Positions 29,346 to 39,857 of a stretch of DNA of 64,000 bases are shown one piece after another. Source of the DNA: Candidatus Methanoperedens sp. (lineage in GTDB: Bacteria > Patescibacteriota > Microgenomatia > UBA12405); contig DATMWB010000003.1 of NCBI GenBank assembly GCA_035562735.1, positions 44,232-108,231 of the forward strand, written 5' to 3'. The notes under the pieces were generated by a model, which ran no database searches, was not told where the DNA came from, and worked only from the letters and a program-made list of their open reading frames with translations. A program made the position numbers and the translations under genes. Within the stretch, counting starts at the first letter, position 1; every line of letters starts with the position of its first letter.

Positions 29346-32300
29346 TGTTTAAATTTAAAAATATGCTCGATTTCACTGGTATCGAGATAAAACTTGCCTC
29401 TCCAGAGGAAATTTTATCCTGGTCTACTGGTGAAGTTCTAAAACCTGAAACTATTAACTATCGCTCTTGGCGTCCAGAAAAAGACGGTCTTTTTTGTGAA
29501 AAAATCTTTGGACCCTCTCGCGACTATGAATGTTACTGTGGCAAATACAAAAAAATCCGATTCAAAGGTGTTATTTGTGATAAATGTGGTGTTGAAGTAA
29601 CTACTAGCAAAGTTCGACGTGAACGAATGGGTCATATTGCCCTTGCCGCTCCTATTGCTCATTTATGGTATCTTCGAAACACCCCATCACCATTAGGTGT
29701 TATTCTCGATGTTCCTCAAAAAGAATTAGAAGCCGTTGTTTATTTCACTAAATATTTAGTGACCGCTGTTGATAACGACAAAAGAAAAGAAGCTTTAAAC
29801 AATTTAGCTATCAATTCTGAAAATCGTCAAAAACAAATCGATGTCGATTCCGCTGCTGCAATTGAAAGATACAAGACTCAAACAGCCAAGGAAAAGAAAG
29901 AACTTGACAACAAAATCAAGAACAAAGATCAGCTCCTAATTGCCAAAGAAGAACGTGATGTTCGTCTAAAACAAGACATTCAAAAAATTGAAAACAAAGC
30001 AACTTCCGAAAAAAATCGCATCGAATCCTTGATCAAATTCTTGGAAGATAAAATCAAAAGCATGGAAGTCCTCTCTGTCTTAACCGACGAAGAAGAATTT
30101 TATCTTGCCCAATTTAAGGCCGATATTTTCTACAAGGCAAAAATGGGTGCCGAAGCTTTATTAGAAGTACTAAAAAATATTGATCTTCCAGAGACTGTAA
30201 AAAATCTAAAAAAAGAATTAGCCAAAACTTCTTCAAAACTCAAGAAAAAGAAAATCATGTACAAGATTAGAATCCTAAATGGCATGATTGAAAATTCTAT
30301 TAATCCTTCATGGATGATAATGCAATATGTCCCAGTTATTCCACCAGATCTCCGTCCTATGGTCCAACTCACTGGAGGCCGATTTGCAACTTCAGATTTA
30401 AATGACCTTTATCGACGTCTTATCAACCGCAACAACCGTCTTAAAAAATTAATCAAACTAGGTGCTCCAGAAATTATTCTCCGAAATGAGAAGAGAATGC
30501 TTCAGGAATCCGTTGATATTCTTATTGATGCTCAAAAAAGCTCTAAGAATAAACGAAAAAGTAGCAAACGTTTACCTCGATCACTTTCTGACCTTCTTCG
30601 TGGTAAAAAAGGACGTTTCCGACGTAATCTTCTTGGAAAACGTGTTGATTATTCAGGTCGCTCCGTTATTGTAGTCGGTCCAGAATTAAAACTAAATCAA
30701 GTCGGTCTTCCAAAAGAGATTGCTCTTGAAATGTATCGACCTTTCGTTTTGAAAGAATTGATGGATAGCGGTCTAGCTGCTAACATCAAATCCGCCAAAA
30801 ACTTGATTGACCACCGTGTCAACGAGGTTTATGACATTTTGGAAAGAGTTACAAAAAATACTTATGTTCTCTTAAACCGTGCTCCAACCCTCCACAAGCT
30901 TTCAATTCAGGCATTCAAACCAGTTTTGACCGATGGTTTGGCTATTAGGCTTCATCCTTGTGTCTGTAAAGGTTTCAATGCTGACTTTGATGGAGATCAA
31001 ATGGGTGTCCATTTGCCTCTTTCCGCCGCAGCTCAAAAGGAAGCCAAACATCTCATGCTTCCTTCAAGAAATCTTCTCAAACCTTCAGATGGTGCTCCAG
31101 TTTCAATTCCATCCCAAGAAATGGCCGTCGGTTGTTACTACATCACTTCCGTAAATTCTGCTGATATTTCCAAAGAAAATCAAGAAGGATTTAAGGACTT
31201 ATCCATTATGGGTGATACTGAGGAATTAACATTAGCCTATCAAACAGGCAAAGTTGGTCTTCGTGAATTGGTCGTTGTCAGAATGGATGGTAAGCTCGTT
31301 AAAACCACCTATGGTCGAGTTTGGTTCAATTCCATACTTCCAAAAGAATTTGAATATATTAATGCACCTATGGCTGGCTCAAAAGCCCTAAACGACCTTA
31401 TCGTCAAGTCTATTGAAATTGCTGGACGTCTAAAAACAGTCCGCTTAATCGATTCTCTAAAAGATATAGGTTTTGCCGGATTTACTCTATCTGGACTTTC
31501 ATTAGCCATGCCTGACATGGGTTATCTATCTGAGAAAGAAGGGATAATTGCCGCCGCCGACAAACGCGTTGTGGAAATTGAAGACAACTATAAAATGGGA
31601 CTTATTAGTAATGAAGAGAAAAAGCGTCTAAGTCAATCTGTATGGATGGAAATTACCGAATCCATCGCTGAAAAAACTTGGGACACTCTTGATATTGATT
31701 CTCCTATCCGAGTAGTTTCTGCAGCTGGTATTAAGCGTGCCTCAAAAGATCAAATCAAACAGCTCTCCGGTATGCGTGGACTTATGGTTGATCCAACAGG
31801 TAAAATCGTTCAACTTCCCACCAAAAGCAATTTCCGTGAAGGTTTATCAGTCTTTGAATACATTACTGGTGCCCGAGGTACTCGTAAAGGTTTGGCTGAC
31901 ACAGCTTTACGTACTGCTGACGCTGGTTATTTGACCCGACGTTTAGTGGATACATCCCACGTAGCTATTACCCGAGAGGATGACTGTGGTACAACTCGTT
32001 TTTGGACCATTGATAGAAACGAAAAAGGTCGTGAGAAATATTTCGGACGTCGACTTTTAGGTCGTGTCTTAGCCAATGACGTTATTGATCCTGCTACAAA
32101 AAAGATTGTTGCCAAAAAAGGCGATCTTATAGATAACAACCTTCAAGCAATTATCGAAGCTACTGAGGTCAAAACAGTTGATATTCGATCCGCACTAACC
32201 TGTAAATCAAAAGTAGGTCTTTGTCGTAAATGTTATGGATGGGATCTCTCTACCCGTCAGATGGTTGGTTTTGGAGTTCCAGTTGGAGTTGTTGCCGCTC

Positions 32301-33085
32301 AATCAGTCGGAGAACCAGGTACCCAGCTTACTCTTCGAACTAAACACACTGGTGGTGTCCTTGGTGTCGACGTTACCCAAGGTTTGCCTCGTATCCAAGA
32401 ACTCTTTGAAGTCAGAATGCCAAAGCTACCTTCTCCATTAGCTGAGATTGACGGTAAGATCAAAGTAAAAGAAAATGTCGATGGTTACGAATTAAAATTA
32501 ACTGGAAAAGATAAAAATGGTGCTGCCAAGACAATAAATTATCTTCTTCCAAGCAATGTTACTCTCTTAGTTGGAGATGGTGACCTTGTGGGTCAGGGAA
32601 CTCAACTATGTTCTGGTCCTATCGATGTTCGTGAAATTCTTGAAGTTTCAGGTTTAGAAGCAGCTCAACGCTATCTCATCAACTCAATTCAAGGAGTCTA
32701 CGAATCCCAAGGTATTGCTATTCACGACAAACACATTGAAGTAATTGTTCGTGAAATGAGTGACAAGCTAAAAATTGAGGATCCAGGTGATACCAATTTC
32801 CTTTATGGTCAAATCGTTACTAGACCAGTCTACGAAGAAGCCAATAATAAAGTAAAGGAAAACAACAAAGATGGTAAAGCCTCAAAAGGACACAAAGTAC
32901 TTTTGGGTCTTATCCAATCATCTCTTACTACTGGATCATGGCTTTCTGCAGCCTCTTTCCAACAAACCACTGGAGTTTTAACCGAAGCTTCCTTACTTGC
33001 CGAGGTTGATAGCTTGATAGGTTTGAAAGAAAATGTTATTATCGGACGTCTGATTCCTGTAGGAAAGGGTCAGGAAATTAAATAA
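29345..33085 (+). CDS. rpoC: RNA polymerase beta' subunit
   Basis: Zn ribbon [38 protein letters not shown]; SD AAGGAGG upstream. Confidence 0.99.
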   Translation: MFKFKNMLDFTGIEIKLASPEEILSWSTGEVLKPETINYRSWRPEKDGLFCEKIFGPSRDYECYCGKYKKIRFKGVICDKCGVEVTTSKVRRERMGHIALAAPIAHLWYLRNTPSPLGVILDVPQKELEAVVYFTKYLVTAVDNDKRKEALNNLAINSENRQKQIDVDSAAAIERYKTQTAKEKKELDNKIKNKDQLLIAKEERDVRLKQDIQKIENKATSEKNRIESLIKFLEDKIKSMEVLSVLTDEEEFYLAQFKADIFYKAKMGAEALLEVLKNIDLPETVKNLKKELAKTSSKLKKKKIMYKIRILNGMIENSINPSWMIMQYVPVIPPDLRPMVQLTGGRFATSDLNDLYRRLINRNNRLKKLIKLGAPEIILRNEKRMLQESVDILIDAQKSSKNKRKSSKRLPRSLSDLLRGKKGRFRRNLLGKRVDYSGRSVIVVGPELKLNQVGLPKEIALEMYRPFVLKELMDSGLAANIKSAKNLIDHRVNEVYDILERVTKNTYVLLNRAPTLHKLSIQAFKPVLTDGLAIRLHPCVCKGFNADFDGDQMGVHLPLSAAAQKEAKHLMLPSRNLLKPSDGAPVSIPSQEMAVGCYYITSVNSADISKENQEGFKDLSIMGDTEELTLAYQTGKVGLRELVVVRMDGKLVKTTYGRVWFNSILPKEFEYINAPMAGSKALNDLIVKSIEIAGRLKTVRLIDSLKDIGFAGFTLSGLSLAMPDMGYLSEKEGIIAAADKRVVEIEDNYKMGLISNEEKKRLSQSVWMEITESIAEKTWDTLDIDSPIRVVSAAGIKRASKDQIKQLSGMRGLMVDPTGKIVQLPTKSNFREGLSVFEYITGARGTRKGLADTALRTADAGYLTRRLVDTSHVAITREDDCGTTRFWTIDRNEKGREKYFGRRLLGRVLANDVIDPATKKIVAKKGDLIDNNLQAIIEATEVKTVDIRSALTCKSKVGLCRKCYGWDLSTRQMVGFGVPVGVVAAQSVGEPGTQLTLRTKHTGGVLGVDVTQGLPRIQELFEVRMPKLPSPLAEIDGKIKVKENVDGYELKLTGKDKNGAAKTINYLLPSNVTLLVGDGDLVGQGTQLCSGPIDVREILEVSGLEAAQRYLINSIQGVYESQGIAIHDKHIEVIVREMSDKLKIEDPGDTNFLYGQIVTRPVYEEANNKVKENNKDGKASKGHKVLLGLIQSSLTTGSWLSAASFQQTTGVLTEASLLAEVDSLIGLKENVIIGRLIPVGKGQEIK

Positions 33086-33087
33086 TT

Positions 33088-33510
33088 ATGCCAACTTTTA
33101 ATCAACTAATCAGTAAATGTCGAAAGGTCCGACGTCTTAAATTAAGAACCGGTGCACTTCGAGACAATTTTAATAGTATAAAAAGTACTAGTATTGACAG
33201 TTACAATCCCCAAAAGAAAGGGGTAGTAACAGTGGTCAAGACGATGACTCCAAAAAAACCTCATTCTGCTTTACGAAAAGTAGCTAGGGTAAGATTAAGC
33301 AATCGAGCCACTGTCACCGCTTACATTCCTGGTATCGGACATAATTTAGCCGAACATGGTATCGTCTCTATCCGTGGTGGACGTGTTCGAGATCTTCCTG
33401 GTGTTCGTTATCATATTATTCGCGGTAAATATGACGCTGGTGCTGTTGTCGGTCGTCAACAATCCCGCAGCAAATACGGTGCAAAACGTTCTGCTCCGGC
33501 TAAAAGCTAA
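33088..33510 (+). CDS. rpsL: 30S ribosomal protein S12
   Basis: [37 protein letters not shown]. Confidence 0.98.
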   Translation: MPTFNQLISKCRKVRRLKLRTGALRDNFNSIKSTSIDSYNPQKKGVVTVVKTMTPKKPHSALRKVARVRLSNRATVTAYIPGIGHNLAEHGIVSIRGGRVRDLPGVRYHIIRGKYDAGAVVGRQQSRSKYGAKRSAPAKS

Positions 33511-33527
33511 TCCATTTAAAAAAATAT

Positions 33528-34010
33528 ATGTCAAGAAAAGGTCAAATAAAAATTAGAGAAGTCCTACCCGACACTGAATACAAGAGTGTTGTAGTTACCA
33601 AGCTTATCAATCGTGTTATGTATGCCGGCAACAAAAATGCTGCTCAAAAACAGGTTTATGAAGCATTGCAACTTTTTAAAAAAGAAAGTAAAAGTGAAGA
33701 TATTATTACTACTCTCGAACAAGCACTTGATAATTTGAAACCAAAAGTTGAGGTTCGTCCTCGTCGTATTGGTGGCGCTGTTTATCAAGTTCCCACACCT
33801 GTGCGAGGTAGTCGTCAATATTCCCTTGCCATTCGCTGGTTGGTAACTTCAGCTAGAAAAAGACCCAACAAACAATATCATTCCTTTGCCCTAAAGTTAG
33901 CTGCCGAACTCTTAGCCACCCTAAACAATGAGGGCTCTTCTATTGCTAAGCGTCAAGAAATTGAGAGAATGGCCGAAGCCAATCGCGCCTTTGCTCATTT
34001 GCGTTGGTAA
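33528..34010 (+). CDS. rpsG: 30S ribosomal protein S7
   Basis: EVRPRRIGGAVYQVP, AIRWL, MAEANRAFAH. Confidence 0.98.
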   Translation: MSRKGQIKIREVLPDTEYKSVVVTKLINRVMYAGNKNAAQKQVYEALQLFKKESKSEDIITTLEQALDNLKPKVEVRPRRIGGAVYQVPTPVRGSRQYSLAIRWLVTSARKRPNKQYHSFALKLAAELLATLNNEGSSIAKRQEIERMAEANRAFAHLRW

Positions 34011-34029
34011 AAAGCTAATTGCAATAATT

Positions 34030-34064
34030 CGTCATTGCGAGGAGGTACTCCGACGAAGCAATCT
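34030..34064 (+). repeat. CGTC-type REP-like element
   Basis: CGTCATTGCGAGGAGGTACTCCGACGAAGCAATCT, identical to 61594-61628. Confidence 0.9.
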
Positions 34065-34075
34065 ATTTTAAAATA

Positions 34076-34103
34076 AAAAAGTCCCCTGTATAGGGGACTT
34101 TTT
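34076..34103 (+). terminator. intrinsic terminator after rpsG
   Basis: AAAAAGTCCCCT-GTAT-AGGGGACTTTTT. Confidence 0.85.
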
Positions 34104-34150
34104 AGTTATTTGTTCTATCATGTATCTGATATATATTGATATAATAAGTA

Positions 34151-34570
34151 ATGTCGAGGTATGAATTGTTTCAACACTTAGTTGGAGAAGAAATAAGAAA
34201 AAGTAATCCCCATGGCAAATTACAGGTTGTTGGCGATACCTCTACTTTAGAAGACGACGAAAGACTTTTCCATATCGCTGGGGAACTCATTTCAAATTGT
34301 GCCGAAAAGGGAGCTGAAGAGATAACTTTAACTCTAACACCACGGCTAATAGTCGTAGAAGACAATTTAGTTCACACCCCAGAAGAAGTGGAAAAAATTC
34401 TTGAAAATATTCAGCAACCACTACCAGTAACCAATAAAGCTATCGTTGAAAACGGTCAATCAATTCGTGGTTTTGGTATTTTTAGTGTTCGAAACACTCT
34501 CCTTGAAATTGGTGCTTCCTTGTTTTATGAACATCGTGATGGTCGAATAATCGCTAGAGTTGAATTATAA
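34151..34570 (+). CDS. stand-alone GHKL/HATPase_c-like protein
   Basis: ELISNC.EKGA (N-box), VVEDN (G1-like), RGFGI (G2-like). Confidence 0.55.
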   Translation: MSRYELFQHLVGEEIRKSNPHGKLQVVGDTSTLEDDERLFHIAGELISNCAEKGAEEITLTLTPRLIVVEDNLVHTPEEVEKILENIQQPLPVTNKAIVENGQSIRGFGIFSVRNTLLEIGASLFYEHRDGRIIARVEL

Positions 34571-34615
34571 GAAAGAAATCTGGTTAGACTATTTTGTTTT
34601 GTGTTAACATAATTT

Positions 34616-36004
34616 ATGTCATTATTTTCAAAATCAAAAGTTGTTCTCTGGCCAAAAGATGAAAGCCTAGAAATATATTTAGACCGAAGTGACAACAACA
34701 CCTTTTCTTTTGAAACAAATCTTTGGAGTGAACAAGGTGATGATAGTTTAAATAGTTTAGCCAGCTTTTTTAAACAAAATAAAATATCCGAGGCATATGT
34801 TCTCCTAAATGACACTTATGTTATTACCAAGACTTTTATTTACGATTCTGTTGTCACTAAGCTCGATCCAAATGAAGTCATAACCTTGGCCAAAGATTCA
34901 ATAGATTTCAAAATATCACCCGAGTCTGTTACCTTTGATCTTGAGTCTGAAGGAAATCGGACTTTAGTTCGAACAAGAATTTTCAATCAGGATAAATTTC
35001 AAATACTTACTGCCAATCTCCAAAAAATTGGTCTAAAAGTACTTGATTTTGAAACCGTATCTTCATCTGTGGCCAAGCTTTACACCAATTTTGATAACGG
35101 TCAGTATTTTTTCTTTTACCCCATAAATACCCACGATTACGTTGCTATCCTAAGCAACAAAGGAAATGTTTACTTAACCTCAATTATCAAAAAATCTCTT
35201 CCGGAACTTAAGAAGTTATTAAATTACGCTCAAGCCTATTTTAGCAACAAGGAGCCAACCCAATATTTGCCAGATACCAATTACAACGAATCCGAAATTT
35301 GTCAACGTTTTCAAAAAGCGTCAAATCTACCTCTACCAGTTCTATCTTTCTTTATTGGCCAATCGAAGCCTGTTGCTGATATAATAAAGACAGAAACAAC
35401 CCAGACGCTTCCCCCAACGCCTACTTCTAATATTATCGATTCAACAAATAATCCCTTACCAACTATGGAAAACAACAAAAAAAGTCTTTTACCAATAATT
35501 GCTGTTTTTATCATCACCGCAATTGTTGCCTCAATTATTGTTTGGTTTATATTAAACCAAAACAAAGATACTGATTTAAATCCAGGTGGTGAAAACCCGG
35601 CAGAAGAAATAAGTAGTACCCCAATGGCAACCGAAGAACCAACTCCTACTATTGCTGAGCTTAGTAAAACCCTAAAAATACAGGTGCTAAATGCCACCGA
35701 CATAAATGGTCAAGCAGCCACTATCAAAACTGAATTGACCAACCTCGGTTTCACTAGTATCAATACAGGTAACAGCAAAGAAGCAGCAACCAGCAACCAA
35801 ATTCAAATAAAAAAGACCATTGTTCCGGACTATTTTCTTAAAAACGTGGCTCAATTTTCGACAGCAACAGTCAGTGAGTTATCTGAAACTTCAACCTATG
35901 ATGTTGTCTTTATTATTGGGGTAGATCTCAAAACTGGAAGTGCCGCTCCTACAGCGACAACTCCCACTACAACTAGTACCCCATCAGCTACTCCCACTAA
36001 TTAG
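34616..36004 (+). CDS. bitopic membrane protein with LytR C-terminal domain
   Basis: One TM; IQVLNAT..NGQA....L...GF..I.TGN...YDVVFIIG.D. Confidence 0.75.
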   Translation: MSLFSKSKVVLWPKDESLEIYLDRSDNNTFSFETNLWSEQGDDSLNSLASFFKQNKISEAYVLLNDTYVITKTFIYDSVVTKLDPNEVITLAKDSIDFKISPESVTFDLESEGNRTLVRTRIFNQDKFQILTANLQKIGLKVLDFETVSSSVAKLYTNFDNGQYFFFYPINTHDYVAILSNKGNVYLTSIIKKSLPELKKLLNYAQAYFSNKEPTQYLPDTNYNESEICQRFQKASNLPLPVLSFFIGQSKPVADIIKTETTQTLPPTPTSNIIDSTNNPLPTMENNKKSLLPIIAVFIITAIVASIIVWFILNQNKDTDLNPGGENPAEEISSTPMATEEPTPTIAELSKTLKIQVLNATDINGQAATIKTELTNLGFTSINTGNSKEAATSNQIQIKKTIVPDYFLKNVAQFSTATVSELSETSTYDVVFIIGVDLKTGSAAPTATTPTTTSTPSATPTN

Positions 36005-36021
36005 TAATTAAAAAAATCACT

Positions 36022-37041
36022 ATGAAAATCCTTGTTACAGGAGGTTGCGGTTTTATTGGTAGTAATTTTATCCATTATTGGTTGTCGCGACATCCCGATG
36101 ACACCATTGTAAATTTAGATAAATTGACCTATGCTGCCAATCCAGAATCACTACGTGATTTAGAAAAAAATCCTCATTATCAATTTATCAAAGCTGACAT
36201 TTGTGATGAGGTTGCGGTCGACAAAGTTATGTCCGAAGGTATCGAGCTCATAATTCATTTTGCCGCCGAATCACATGTTGATCGTTCTATCGATGATCCA
36301 CTTCTTTTTGTAAAGACCAACGTTTTAGGAACTTACACCCTTTTAAATTCCGCAAAAAAACACGGCAACATCCGTTTTCACCATGTTTCCACTGACGAAG
36401 TTTTTGGAGCTCTCCCCTTAGATACTGAGGAAAAATTCACTGAAGATACTCACTATGATCCCCGAAGTCCATACTCAGCTTCAAAAGCATCTTCAGATCA
36501 CTTTGTTAGATCTTTCTATCATACATTTAATTTGCCAGTGACTATCAGTAATTGTTCAAATAACTATGGTGCCTTTCAATCTCCAGAAAAATTTGTGCCA
36601 AGAATGATTACTAATCTTATGGATGGTAAAAAAATTCCTGTCTATGGAGATGGTCTCTATGTCCGAGATTGGCTTTATGTTGACGACCATTGTTCTGCCA
36701 TCGAAGCTATTGTCTTAAATGGAAAAATAGGTCAGTCATACAATATTGGCGGTCTTGTCAAAGACTATTCCAACCTAGAAGTTGCCAAGACAATTCTTCA
36801 AATTATGGGTAAAACCGATGCTGAACTTGAATTTGTAGCCGATAGACCTGGTCATGATCGTCGCTATGCTGTCTCTTGGGAAAAAATTCATAATGAATTG
36901 AATTGGTCTCCCAGTCTTACCTTTGAAGAGGGGATAACAAAAACAATCAACTGGTATCAGCAAAACGAAACATGGTGGCGCGAAGCTAAGACCGAAGCTG
37001 AAGCTTTCTATGTCCGACTCAACGCTTCAAAAAACAAATAA
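36022..37041 (+). CDS. rfbB: dTDP-glucose 4,6-dehydratase
   Basis: TGGCGFIGSN, LDKLTYA, AAESHVDRSI, STDEV, SPYSASK, DRPGHDRRY. Confidence 0.97.
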   Translation: MKILVTGGCGFIGSNFIHYWLSRHPDDTIVNLDKLTYAANPESLRDLEKNPHYQFIKADICDEVAVDKVMSEGIELIIHFAAESHVDRSIDDPLLFVKTNVLGTYTLLNSAKKHGNIRFHHVSTDEVFGALPLDTEEKFTEDTHYDPRSPYSASKASSDHFVRSFYHTFNLPVTISNCSNNYGAFQSPEKFVPRMITNLMDGKKIPVYGDGLYVRDWLYVDDHCSAIEAIVLNGKIGQSYNIGGLVKDYSNLEVAKTILQIMGKTDAELEFVADRPGHDRRYAVSWEKIHNELNWSPSLTFEEGITKTINWYQQNETWWREAKTEAEAFYVRLNASKNK

Positions 37042-37060
37042 TTTGTTATACTGAAGCTAT

Positions 37061-37621
37061 ATGATGAAATTTACCCCACTCTCCATTCCTGGACTAGTTC
37101 TTGTTGAACCTCAAGTATTTGGTGATGAAAGAGGTTTTTTTATGGAAACTTACAGTAAAAAAGAGTTTGCTGAAGCTGGTATAAATGTTGATTTTGTTCA
37201 AGACAACCACTCCCGATCTACCCAAGGGGTGCTCCGCGGACTTCATTTTCAAAAACCACCTTTTGCCCAAGCAAAACTTGTTAGAGTTACTCAAGGTGAA
37301 GTTTTGGATGTGGCTGTTGATATTCGACCCGATTCTCCGACCTTTGGTAAATGGGATTCAGCGCATCTTACCGCTGAAAACAAAAAAATGTTTTATCTTC
37401 CCGAAGGTTTTGCACATGGATTTTATGTCTTAACCGAAACAGCCGATTTCCAATACAAGTGTACCAACTTCTACAATAAGGAATCTGAAGGCGGTCTACT
37501 TTGGAATGACCCTGATATCAATATTGCTTGGATGGCTCCAAGTCCCACTCTTTCCGACAAAGATAAAAACTGGCCAAATCTAAAAGATATTGAAGCCGAG
37601 CTTAAAACCCTCAAGTGGTAA
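37061..37621 (+). CDS. rfbC: dTDP-4-dehydrorhamnose 3,5-epimerase
   Basis: GDERGFF, QDNHSRS..GVLRGLHFQ, DVAVDIR..SPTFG, GFAHGF. Confidence 0.97.
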   Translation: MMKFTPLSIPGLVLVEPQVFGDERGFFMETYSKKEFAEAGINVDFVQDNHSRSTQGVLRGLHFQKPPFAQAKLVRVTQGEVLDVAVDIRPDSPTFGKWDSAHLTAENKKMFYLPEGFAHGFYVLTETADFQYKCTNFYNKESEGGLLWNDPDINIAWMAPSPTLSDKDKNWPNLKDIEAELKTLKW

Positions 37622-37684
37622 CAATAAATTTAACATTAAAAAATCTTATACTTTTTAATGAATTTTCAATAAACAACTTTTTGT

Positions 37685-37714
37685 CCCCCTTATTAAGGGG
37701 GATTAAGGGGGTTT
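37685..37714. repeat. CCCCC/GGGGG palindromic element (intergenic)
   Basis: CCCCCTTATTAAGGGGG-ATTAA-GGGGGTTT. Confidence 0.7.
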
Positions 37715-37739
37715 AAATTATTAATTTAAAAATTTTTTT

Positions 37740-38624
37740 ATGAAAATTATTGGCACAGGTCTCACCGGTTTGGTTGGTTCAAGAATCATTGAGCTTAATC
37801 CAGATGTTGAATTCATCAATATTTCTATTGAAACTGGGATCAGTATCCTTGATCCTATTCAGCTAGAAAAAGTGTTTACCGACAATCCTGACGCAGATGC
37901 GGTTTTACATCTGGCTGCCTTTACTGACACCAACGGTGCCTGGGAGCAAAACGGTGATAAAAATGGTCTATGTTATCAGCTCAATGTCACCGGAACTCAA
38001 AATATTGTTGATTTGTGTAAAAAATACGATAAATATTTAATTCATATTTCCACCGACTTTGTTTTTGATGGAAAAAAAGTTGGAAAATATACCGAAGATG
38101 ACCTTCCAAATCCTATCGAATGGTACGGTCAAACCAAATATTTTTCTGAAAAAGTTGTCCTAGATTCAGGCATTTTATCCTCTATTGTTAGACTGGCTTT
38201 TCCTTACCGAGCCAATTTTGAACCCAAAAAAGATATCATCCGCAAAATTATTGATGGTTTCAAAGCTGGTAAGCTCTATCCCCAATGGACCGACCATTTT
38301 ACCAGTCCAGTCTTTATTGACGATATAGCCAATGCCCTAAAAGTATTTTTTGAAAAAAAACCTATCGGAATCTATCACTTAGTTGGTTCCTCTTCGCAGT
38401 CACCTTTTGAAATGTGTCAATTCATCGCAGAAGTTTTTGGATTTGATAAAAGTATAGTTCAAGCCAGCACCTTGGCAGATTATGTCAAATCATTACCCGA
38501 AGGTTCACGCCCATGGCAATACAATTTATCCTTAAGTAACGAAAAAATAAAATCTCTCGGTATTCAAATCAAAACCTTAAAAGAAGGTCTTGAAGAGATG
38601 AAAAGACAGACGGAAAACACTTGA
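37740..38624 (+). CDS. rfbD: dTDP-4-dehydrorhamnose reductase family
   Basis: TGLTGLVG, HLAAFTD, HISTDFVFDG, P.P...YG.TK. Confidence 0.9.
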   Translation: MKIIGTGLTGLVGSRIIELNPDVEFINISIETGISILDPIQLEKVFTDNPDADAVLHLAAFTDTNGAWEQNGDKNGLCYQLNVTGTQNIVDLCKKYDKYLIHISTDFVFDGKKVGKYTEDDLPNPIEWYGQTKYFSEKVVLDSGILSSIVRLAFPYRANFEPKKDIIRKIIDGFKAGKLYPQWTDHFTSPVFIDDIANALKVFFEKKPIGIYHLVGSSSQSPFEMCQFIAEVFGFDKSIVQASTLADYVKSLPEGSRPWQYNLSLSNEKIKSLGIQIKTLKEGLEEMKRQTENT

Positions 38625-38647
38625 TGGTTTAGTTGTTACAATTAGAT

Positions 38648-39742
38648 ATGGATAGAGAACCTCCAGCTTCTGTATTTTCTAATGCAAACAAACTGTCTGC
38701 ATTTCCAAAACAAGTCGAATCAGTTTTAAGAGGTGAAACTATTGCTCCAATCACCCTTGAAATTCAACCTAGCTCCGGTTGTAATCACGCCTGTCCCAAA
38801 TGTTCCGGAAAATTAAATAAAGATTCTCCTTATTATGCCGAAATAAGAAAACAATTTACATTTATAAACCCCGATGTGGTTAAGGGAATTGTCGATTCTC
38901 CAAGAGCTCCATTAGGTGTAGTTTTTGCTGGTGATACAGGTGACCCTCTTCTTCATCCCCAGATTGAGTCACTTATAGACATTGTCAGCGATAAAAACAT
39001 TTCTATCTCAGTGATTACTAATGGCCAGGCATTAAATCAGAGTATTTCCCAAAAAATTGTGCAAAGATGTCAGGGTGTAAGGGTCTCATTAGATGCTTTC
39101 GACGCAAAGTCACACCAATTGACACATGGTAGCAATGGTGAACAATGGGAAAGTTTATTAGAAAACATTAGAGAGCTTGTCAGTCTACGGGATAATTCTC
39201 CGAAAAAAAAAGAATGTTTAATTGGTATTGGTTATTTGACCGCAAAACACACACTCGGTGGAATCATTGAGGCTACAAAACTTGCAAAAGATCTTGGAGT
39301 AGATTATATCCATTTTCGCCCATTTTTTTATTCTAATGATGAAATTAGTCAGGAAATTATCGAAAGTTGTAAAGCTTTAGAAGATGAAAATTTCTCTGTA
39401 ATATTTCCCGGCGCCAAATATCAAAATTCAAAAGATAGAAACTATCCAACGTGTAAGGCTGCAAATTTTGTAACAGTTATAAATCCTAAAGGAGAAGCAT
39501 ATATTTGTTGTCATCACATAGGACAAGAAAATGCCAAAATTGATACCATTGGAACAAATCCAGAAGATTGGGATAAATTTGTTATAAGTGATAAAAGACG
39601 CGATCTAATCCAAAAATTTAATTTAACCGAATGTCCGCCATTTTGTCGTCTTCATAGTCATAATCAAACTTTATCCAAAGGAGTTTCCGTAGATTTATTA
39701 AACCAGCCTGTATCCGCCAGTCACCACGCCAAGTTTTTATAA
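38648..39742 (+). CDS. radical SAM/SPASM-domain protein
   Basis: CNHACPKC, GDPLLHP, ITNG, RVSLD, C-terminal C...G.AYICC...C..C; ATG 38648 follows TACAAT. Confidence 0.88.
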   Translation: MDREPPASVFSNANKLSAFPKQVESVLRGETIAPITLEIQPSSGCNHACPKCSGKLNKDSPYYAEIRKQFTFINPDVVKGIVDSPRAPLGVVFAGDTGDPLLHPQIESLIDIVSDKNISISVITNGQALNQSISQKIVQRCQGVRVSLDAFDAKSHQLTHGSNGEQWESLLENIRELVSLRDNSPKKKECLIGIGYLTAKHTLGGIIEATKLAKDLGVDYIHFRPFFYSNDEISQEIIESCKALEDENFSVIFPGAKYQNSKDRNYPTCKAANFVTVINPKGEAYICCHHIGQENAKIDTIGTNPEDWDKFVISDKRRDLIQKFNLTECPPFCRLHSHNQTLSKGVSVDLLNQPVSASHHAKFL

Positions 39743-39777
39743 TTATTTCTATTTTTCCCAGCCTTCCATTAAAAGTG

Positions 39778-39806
39778 TTGTTTTTTGCACAATTATAGGA
39801 TATAAT
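39778..39806 (+). promoter_or_regulatory. sigma70-type promoter
   Basis: TTGTTT-17 bp-TATAAT; SD AAGGAG at 39846-39851. Confidence 0.65.
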
Positions 39807-39857
39807 ACCAATGCTTGTTTTAGCGTCGCATCTCATTTCCTAAATAAGGAGAGCTTG

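Noticed and set aside
20199-38624. Alternative genetic code (TGA=Gly, as in Gracilibacteria/Absconditabacteria)
   Set aside because: Sortase, mltG and rfbD end at TGA at expected lengths, and long conserved genes are uninterrupted in code 11
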